DNA of 63,904 nucleotides, filler included, from Platydemus manokwari (Eukaryota), in the NCBI GenBank assembly GCA_037951405.1. It is 5 parts of 5 records of this genome, joined end to end, with 100 filler letters (N's around TTAATTAATTAA, not from the genome) between each part and the next. Parts side by side here need not be neighbours in the genome. Positions count along the whole stretch, not along the records: positions 54,769 to 63,904 come from JBBMOY011294762.1; 4 more parts are not named here. The stretch is one strand, 5' to 3'. The position numbers were made by a program, and so were the translations under genes. Shown in pieces: positions 54,769 through 63,904 of this stretch. The first letter of the stretch is position 1. Each line of letters starts with the position of its first letter. The notes under the pieces were generated by a model. The model did not search any database, was not told the DNA's origin, and was given only the letters and a program-made list of their open reading frames with translations.

Positions 54769-55030
54769 ACTTCAATAATCTATGCGTAATGATACAAAAA
54801 CCATAGAACCTTCCGACAGGTTATAATGACGGTTGCCAACCAAGAAATTAAAGATTGATGAGTAAGTGACTCTCTAAATTAATTTAATGAAAAGGTACCT
54901 TATCAAAGGACGAGGAATTAAAGGTGATGGTATCGACATCAAAAGAAAAGCTAGCAGAGTAAATTATTGTCAATAACCTAGTTACTGTAGATGATTATGA
55001 AACAGAATTAAGAGAAATAGAAGAGGTTAA

Positions 55031-55497
55031 GATAAAATTCACATAATTCATTGGAGGAAAAATAAATAAAAAATAATATTTTATTGCTTATGATCTTGAA
55101 ATTACAATTGTACGACCGGACAAGCAACTTCAGTACGAGAAGCACGACTAATGGAATATCAGTTAGCCTACATATGCTTAGTTGAATATTTTTAAACAAA
55201 CGAGACATAATTAAGAACTGAATACGATACTAAGGACTAAGAGCCATACTGAAAGAAGGAACGGCAATAAGAGACTTGCAGATAGATGAAACCCCAATTA
55301 TACTGGTAAACAAGTAAAAAATGATGAGATTTATTAGAAAAGAAAGGCATTATAAGAAAAGAACCAGGAAAGAATTTACCAATTACAGGATAACAATGTT
55401 AAAGTCATAAGAACGAATATGGATAAAATTCACATAATTCATTGGAGGAAAAATAAATAAAAAATAATATTTTATTTGCTTATGATTTTGAAATTAC
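55031..55497 (+). repeat. Direct repeat of about 75 bp (55031-55105 and 55422-55497)
   Basis: GATAAAATTCACATAATTCATTGGAGGAAAAATAAATAAAAAATAATATTTTATT...GAAATTAC occurs twice with about 2 differences. Confidence 0.9.
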
Positions 55498-58400
55498 GTT
55501 TGACACTTGCGATTTAAAAGTTTTGTGTGAAGCCATTTATTTATTCTATTTATTTATTTCATTTATTTATTTTATTTCCTTATTTTCAGAATATCATTTG
55601 GAATATGAGTCTCTCAAATAATTGTTTTGTACTTATTATTATTATACATTTAAGATTTGCAGAATACGTGAGAATCAATAATAATGAATCATATAGTAAA
55701 TGACTTAGAAATATAACAGCGAATTTTATATTTGGGCACAGATATTGCTTGACAATATTGGAGATTACCCATTATTTAACATTTATTTTTCAGTATTTCT
55801 TTGTCTTCATTTTGAATAAATTTTCCGATAATCTTATATTTTATTTTGTTTCTTGAATGAATTTTCGAATGAGTCTCATTTATTTAAACCTTTGTTGAGA
55901 AATTAAATATTCTTTATCATTAAATATTTTTCAATTTTGTCTTATTTTTTAGACACGCTTTTGTTATAAATTTAGAAACGACATCAATTTCCATTTCTAA
56001 GTCATTAAATTTGTACATTCATTTCTATGGTGATATTTTTTTGTTCTCCATTTATCATAAACCTGCAAACTCACATTGTGTCTCAACTATTTAATTTACC
56101 ATTTTAATTGAGCAGATAATACCTGAAATGAAAATAAAAATGATCATAATTATTTGTATGAAGTATTTTGATGAAGTGTATTTGATGAGTTAGGCTTGTT
56201 TCCAAATTCGTATCACCCATTTTAACAAATCAGTATGACAGCTATTCCAATTATCATTGATAAGGAATGGTATAAAATTTATGTGCTGTTTTCTACACGT
56301 AAATAAAAAATTTTATACTTTATTTCTGAATGGCATTTATTTTCACAATCGATAATCTATCAAAAACAGAGTTTTATTCAAATAGGTTTTTTGACCAGGT
56401 TCTCTAAGGAAACTTTTTATCAAATATACTTTATATACTGAATAGAAATTTGATTTCCAAATTAATCTACTATTGAGATATTCATTATTGCTTGCTGGTA
56501 TCATTCTTGCTTAAATACGAATTGCAAACATCATCAACCATTTCAAAGTTTTAATCCATTTTGAATATCAGCAAAATGTTTTCTATTGACTTTAATGAGA
56601 ATTTATAAAGCACACGTTAAGATGGCTGCTATTTTAATAATGGTCTTCCATCTTAATCCGATTTTTTCATGAAATGGATTATTGTCAAGCTTAATATTTA
56701 TTTGTAAAAGTAATTATGATAAAATATCCTAATTTATTATGAAAAATAATGATTGAAAGTATATACAGTATTATAATTAAATAAGATTGGTGAATAAAAT
56801 TATGGTAAAATTATTAACAGGAAAATAAAGAATTCCAAAATCTCGTAGAAATAAAATAATAAAGAGAAGAATAAAATCAATATAATAAAATATTCGCATC
56901 TACTTATACAGGCGATGCCGAGAAATATCTGAAAATGTCAGAATAATGATGAAGAAAAGAATAAAATTCAATAATGGTGACACTAAGAAAATAAAGACCG
57001 GCAAAAATCTTTAGTTTTTTCAGTAAGAAAATTTTCGAGGTAAGTCTTTTTCAGGTTAATTTTTTAAGGTTCATTATTAAAAAGACTGGAATGTTTAAAA
57101 TGATGATATTCATGGTGATTTAATTAGAGTATCAAAAGTACAATTTCACAAATAGAAATCTATTTTATAAAGGAAGCACAGATTCAGCAACGAAACATAT
57201 AAAAATATGAAATATAACTTGATAGTATTTGATATCATCATTTTTATTTGATTTGGAATACATTGTCAGATATTTTTCATATTTTATTTTGTATTGTAAT
57301 GATTTTATTTGACGTAATATTCAAAACATTCTTCAGAAAATTAGATATTCCTTAACATTGGTTATTTATCATTTCGCTGTATATATTAGATAAGCAAAAT
57401 TCACTGGTTTATTGGTCATTTTAACCAATCAATGTATAATCATGGAAAAGATAAGTTTGAATATTCGTTTTCTCTTTGATATTCTAAATTTAAAAATGAC
57501 TTCAATCAATGTTTTCTATCGATTCATTTCTGTGGAACACTTGTTTGATTGTATTATTACGAATATAAGTTGCTTAGGAAATGCTTTTGTCTGTCGGTTT
57601 TTCATTAAATTCATTGGGAATATTTATACCCGTCACGTGACAAACAATCATTAAATAATTCAAAATATTTTTTAAATCATCATTTATATTCATTAATCAT
57701 TCCTAATATGCAATGAATTTAGAGCGGAACGCGACATATTCCAAAGTGATATTTATTGATATTAATTCCACTAGGTAAGCTTTAATATCCTTTTGTTTTA
57801 TTATCGATTTCTATTCCTTTGTCGTTAAAACTTAAAATCCTCATTATGTACTCTTTCTCTGTGTGTGTGTCTGTATTTTCTGTGAGACAATTGTATCTAT
57901 TCCATTTTAAACATCATCTCTTAGATATTTTTCTCGTTCTCATTGGATAACCAATTAAAAATCAATATTGTAATGCACTAATTCAATTTCCTTTGGTAAA
58001 TAAAACCTATTTGTATATCAAATTCGTTATGGTTTTAAATACACCAATAAAAATATTGCAATTTGAATTGAAGATAACATAAAATATAAGCTGTACACGT
58101 TTAAGGATTGCAAACCATCAAATCGTATTCAATCAAATTATTGAATGAAATTTTGACTTTCATTTTAATCAATAAAATCTTTAAAAGACTCACAACAAAT
58201 CTATCAAATCAAACTTAACGTCATGAGATCAAATATTTTTTTTAAAAACATTTCTTATGCTACTCATTACAGTCATCATTGTATATGCTTCTGATATTTA
58301 AAACTAAAATATAAATGATATTTCATCACTTTTAAATAAAGATCTTTTAAACAGAGATCGAAAATTAAACAGAGTGATTTTAAAGCCTAAATATTGTAAT

Positions 58401-59009
58401 TTTTAATTTATTGATGTGATCAATAAATACCATTTTAAAATGCTTTGGGCTTAACTCTAAATTTATTGCCAATTAAAAATTGATTAATGAATAAAAATAG
58501 TGATTGATAAAAATCATTTTCATCTATTATATTATTATTTGTCATGTGATAGCTTTTGTCTTTTCAAAACATTCATTGGTTGCCAACAAATAAAGAAAAT
58601 TGAAATCAATATTTTGAAAAATATTTCAGTTACTCTTTACAATTTGTTTGGATTGGAAATGTTTATCCCAAAAGAATAGTAGCAGCCCATTAACTATCAC
58701 AAGTGAAATTCCTCAATATAATTTTACAAAGTTGACTTTTTATGGTATAAATGATGTCGAAAGTTTCCAATTAAAATATCAATGATTTGCAAAATTTGAT
58801 AAATGATAACCAAACATATTCAGAAAAACAAATAATAACGACCTATTACATTTTAACCCAATAAATTATTTTTGAATACTTTCCATTTTCGAGCTGTTGA
58901 GATACAAAATCTAAAATAGTTAGATTAATTATTTTTCGCTTTTATTTATCAAAACATTGTAATTAACCATTTACATATAAAAACATGTCTTCGCGAAGAT
59001 TGGCAAATA

Positions 59010-60830
59010 TCTTAGAATGAACCAAATGAAGGCGAGAGACACCATTATCTTATTTCACAGGAAATACTCAGCATTTAAACTTAACTCATCAGGCCTATTT
59101 TTGAAGATGAAACTAACAGATATTTTAAGGATTTTAGAGTTAAATAATGTTTAAATGATCGAATTTATTTGAAAAAATCTTCCATTTGTTTTAATATTTT
59201 GATTTTCTAATTGAATTTGACAAAATCGAAACACTTAAAAGAGTTAAAGAGTTTAACAAAATTCTTTCCATCATCTCTGAAATTTTAAAAATTATTTAAT
59301 ATTTATCGTTATATTTTCAAGTGGTAAGTCCAAAAGTTTCTTAAGATATTGAGGCTTGTTATTATTTTTAACATACATACATTTATTATTTATATTCATC
59401 ATTTATATTTATTATTTATATTGATTTATTAAATTTATTTTACCAAAAAATTGTTTTAAATGTAAGGTTATGTAACCACACAATGATTTACAATCGAATT
59501 TATTACAAATATTTTGATCTCTTCTTCTGTTATCCCACTTAAATTAATTTCAACATAAAACATTCTATTGGTGATAATCTAGTTTCTTAATATTTCAAAA
59601 ATTTGTTAAATCGAAATCATGTGCAGAGTCATTATGAAAATATAATGGCAAATCTCTTGGTTTCCTAGCTAATAAATTACATTCTATATTTGTAGCTTCT
59701 CTATAATTGTGTTTTTTGAGATTATGACCATAATATCAAACTTTACTTACTTGTTCTGAGATTTTTCTTGAATTATACCAGCTAATATATCAAATTTATT
59801 ACAATATTTACAATAAATACAATTCGTCGATTTATAATTTTTAATTAGTTCTGGATATCTTGAAATTAATCTTAACTAAATACAAGAAGGTATATGATTA
59901 CGTACAACTTTTGTTGCATTTTGATTTTTTGGTTTCTATATGAACGCATTCTGCATCAGCTACTATTATAAATTGAAATGTTATTTGATGGTCAGTGTTT
60001 CTAAAATTTTGAAATACTATTTTAATTACTTGGCATGACTACTTTTGTCTTTTTTTTAACATCTTAACCACTTTTTTTTACAAAGTATGAACAATATCTA
60101 TGACAAATATATAGTTTTTCATTTGATCTTAGATTATAATTAAATTCACAATTCATTAATGGATCGAAATTCTTAATGAGTTCATAATAAGATGGCATTC
60201 TTTTTAATATAAATGTTTAATATCCCAATTACATTTAATACCATGAACATTTATTTTAAAATTATTATTCTTTTCAAATTTTTTAATTCCATTAATAGAC
60301 GTTGGAAATGTTATTTCATCTAAATTTAATGTATTGGTGATGACTTGGTCTATCTGGATCTCTATTGGGTAATACTAATGTGCCAATATTTAATATATGA
60401 AATGTTACTAATATTTCATTAATTATATATTCAGCAAATTTTAATGTTTGGTCTGAACGTAATGCTATTGTAATATAATCATATTCATTTATATTGTGAT
60501 TTATAATAATAAATATTGTTGATTGTTATTTTATATCTAATGTTTGAATATTTATTTGTGATTTTTAAAATTGCATGAATTTCTTCTGCAACACGGAAAC
60601 TTATATATTTTTCGTTGTTTGTGATCTTTAATTAACCTTATGGGATCTATATCACTAATTTCTTCATCGGCTACAGAGACTAACCTTTGGCCATTGTCTA
60701 CGACAGAACTTCGTTTATCTTCTTGGAAACCAGCTTTTTCATTATATTTCGAAATGTGCTTTTAAGATTTTTTATGTGCTTATATAGTGTTTAAACATAC
60801 ATCACATATTTTGCATTTTTGTGCTTTCAG
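59010..60830 (-). mobile_element. Maverick/Polinton (adintovirus-like) protein-primed PolB relic
   Basis: Fragments in the expected order: a C2H2-like KCKICDV...H...KH, then LNLDEITFPTSINGIKKFEKNNNFKINVHG (about 60240-60330), then an endonuclease-VII-like H....NYREATNIECNL followed by ExoII-like PLYFHNDSAHD (about 59610-59730). There are multiple stops and frameshifts. Confidence 0.75.
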
Positions 60831-61159
60831 TTTTAAGATTATATTTTACACAGGGTTTTTATTTATTGATTTGAAAATATCTTTTATTCGATTATACACC
60901 AATCTTTTGTAATCGTAATTCTCAAATTCTTAATAACTTACAAACTATTTCAAAATCGAAAACCACAAAGGTTATTTCAGTGAGATCGAAACTCGTGTGT
61001 ATTAAATTGGGTTTTTTCTAAATTATTTTTATAATTCAAACTCAACAGTGTGAGTTCTTCGTTGATGAGTGAAAACTTTCTTGATAAGTTGCAAATAATC
61101 AGAATGTTATTTCTAGATATCACAACATTCATATTGTTTTTAAAAAACATAACAACAAT

Positions 61160-62510
61160 TCATAGCTGCTATTGAATTTCAAAAATTTTTATATAAAACT
61201 TCAGTGAGATAAGAAAAATTTAAATAAATAAATTTTTAAAAGAAGAAAAAGACATAGACAATTAAATTTGTGAGATAATATCTAAATTTGAAAGAAATGT
61301 TACTGATGACAATTAATTTAAGAATGCTAAATAATGTCTGGCATTTAAGCAAGGTTATCAGTTATTAGATTGTTCGTAATAAGAAGAATGTACTTATTGC
61401 AGATCATCTGCATATATGCTGTAAAAATTAGTGAAACACAAAATAATAACAAGTGGGAACCCAGTAAATATCAAATCATGGAGATAATCGGTGAATTTGG
61501 AAGAAAAGATAGATTAAGTAATCGAGAATTGGTTGAGAGCTCTCCTATACCGACGGGAATTAAAATCGGCCAATATTTACTTTAAACAGATGGCGAATAA
61601 TAATATATCGCAGAAGATGGGAAATCTACGTATAGTCTCATTTCGTTCAGTATATTGTCCAGAAGATGCGGATCTGGACAAAGAGATAAAATGCAGGACA
61701 TTACTGAATAACAGAAGACTAATGTGGTATGTAAGAAGCTAAATGGATTAAGAACTACATTATTTTGTAAGATAGAAAGTTAACATTCAAAACAAAGCAT
61801 TCAGTGTTTGCTAGATACAGAAGCAAGAATTAACGTTATTAAAAAAAAGATATAGAAATTACTGGAAGACATTGAAATAGAATATACTGAGGAAGTTTTG
61901 CGTTGGGCAAATTATAGTAATTTAGAAGCAATTGGTAGAGTAACATTTAAAGTTGTAGCATGAATGCAATAAAATAATATATCATTTACAGTCGTCGAAC
62001 ACATGTCACCAAAAATCATAGCTGTCATTGAATTTCAAAGGATATTTTGAATAAAACTTCAGTGGGATAAGAATTTTTTTAATTAACAAATGGAAAAAGA
62101 CAAAGACATAGACAATTAAATTGGTGAGATAATATCTAAATTCGAAAGGAATGTTACTGATGACGCTTTATTTAAGAATACTAAAGAATGTTTGACATTT
62201 AAGCAAGGTTCTCAGTTATTAGATTGTTCGTAATAAGAAGAATACATTTATTGCAGAAGAGGAATCTCAAGAAAAAAACCCTTTTCAACAAAGACAGGTC
62301 AATATTGCTTCACATGCTGCATCAGAACTTTAAATAAAAGTATCGACAGGTAAGAGAGAGATATATTGTTTTCAAAAAACCATTGCGAACATTAGGAAAT
62401 CCCTGAAGAAGTAATAAGAAAATATATATTGGCTTTTGTAAACATGGAAACAATCGATTAAAGATACACAATATATTATAGGCATTATAGACCAATTTAG
62501 TCGACATATA
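61160..62510 (+). mobile_element. Gypsy-like gag/protease relic with an internal duplication of about 240 bp
   Basis: Aspartic protease-like QCLLDTEARINVI lies at about 61802-61840. Segments of about 61160-61402 and about 62017-62257 are diverged direct copies. Confidence 0.6.
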
Positions 62511-63904
62511 CCACTTACATTAATAAGTAATCAAAATGAAGAAATAATAAGAAAAGTGATTTAAAATCAATTTAATTTAAACTACAGTGCACCAAAGAAT
62601 CAAAGAATCGTATGGCAACAAATATAATATTTTCCAGTCCGTATTATCATAATACAAATTGATTAATTTAGATAAAATTTAGGACGATAAGAGACTTGAT
62701 AATGATGCAAAAAGGAATTAATTGGACAGATCTTACCAGAATGGATAGCTGTACAACAAAATGTTATTGTGAATTGGTAACATTTACCTTTATCAGATGA
62801 ATTACAATAAATCAATAATAAGCCAATGAAACGGATGTTATATTCAATTGTCAGTTGCTATATTTTTGGTATAAGCATTTACAATCCAAATAAGTTGGTT
62901 TGAAGCTGCTTTTTGAGGGTATTTTATTAAATCCACGTGGGATATAATTATATAAAAGTCAGAATATTTTTATCCATCAATATGCAATACATTCAGAGTT
63001 AAAATCAATTTTTATCAGAAAAGGTATTTATTGATGGCATCGATAAAATCAACGCAATATATAAGCTTCAATATCCTCTGGTTTTGTTATCGATTTATGT
63101 TTTTTTGTTATTAAAAACATCAAATCATTACGAAGTACTCTTATCCAGAATATGCTTTATTTGTGAGACAATTTATTCTGTTCCATTTTCAACAAAAGCT
63201 TAGAAAACCCAGTTTTTTCGCTCATTTTGTTGGAAGATCAATCTTAAATCAATATTTTAATGAACTAATTTAACCAAAATTTAATTTGATTGAATATTAT
63301 TCTGTTGATTTGTAATTGAGTGAATAACAATAAATCAATTAGGGATTTCATTTGCCCGAAACTATATGATCCGAATATTCAAACAAATTTTTAATTTTTA
63401 TTTTAATCACCGATTTTGCAACAAATGACAAAAAATTATTTATAAAGTTTTTAAAACCTTACAACGAATAAATATTTCGCGATAAATCTACTGTGTAATC
63501 ATTGATTTAAATTTCTAGAAATCAATAAATGTGGGGATAGAAACATTAGTTATGCTACTCATCACATCATTTTTTCACTTTCGTTATTTTATTAATCAAG
63601 GGTTTATTCAATATTAAAGTGAAAAATATTAAAATTTTTGATCATTATTCGAACTTGACCTAATAATATATTCTAATTTAAAACAATGGAACAGGACAAC
63701 ATAGAAATATGAAAACCAATTATTAAATTTCTTGCTATTTAATTTCTCATTTTAACTTGTCACAATGAATGCTTAATTTTTATCATTTGCTAAATTTGAA
63801 GTGTAAATATATTATTTTTATTGGTTGGTGTTATATTAGGCTGAGTCAAAAGTTATTCATGTTTTTTAGTTGTTTAAAGTTTTTGTTTTACCAAATCATT
63901 TAAA

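Overview
This is very AT-rich eukaryotic (metazoan) DNA with many 45-57 nt GT-AG introns. A planarian-like flatworm is plausible, but that is inference only. The window consists of five contigs joined by identical 100-nt spacers (N44-TTAATTAATTAA-N44), so adjacency across gaps is unverified. Spliced genes reconstructed by hand are: a class-II P4-ATPase flippase (ATP9/Neo1 family, minus strand, 12 exons, 5' end missing); a complete but highly divergent 5-exon TRF2/TBPL1-like gene that the ORF track largely misses; the last four exons of a PKA type II regulatory subunit; and the C-terminal part of a PKD1-family polycystin. There are also two orphan membrane-protein ORFs, one of them duplicated. 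The rest is introns and intergenic DNA with decayed mobile elements: a TA-flanked MITE, Tc1/mariner relics, an RLE-type non-LTR retrotransposon abutting an (AAT)n tract, Maverick/Polinton integrase and PolB relics, and Gypsy relics. I cannot support a multi-gene novel system here. The best novelty candidates are the divergent TRF2-like protein and substitutions in key motifs of ATP9 (PISL to PLAL) and PKA-R (PRAA to PRLA).
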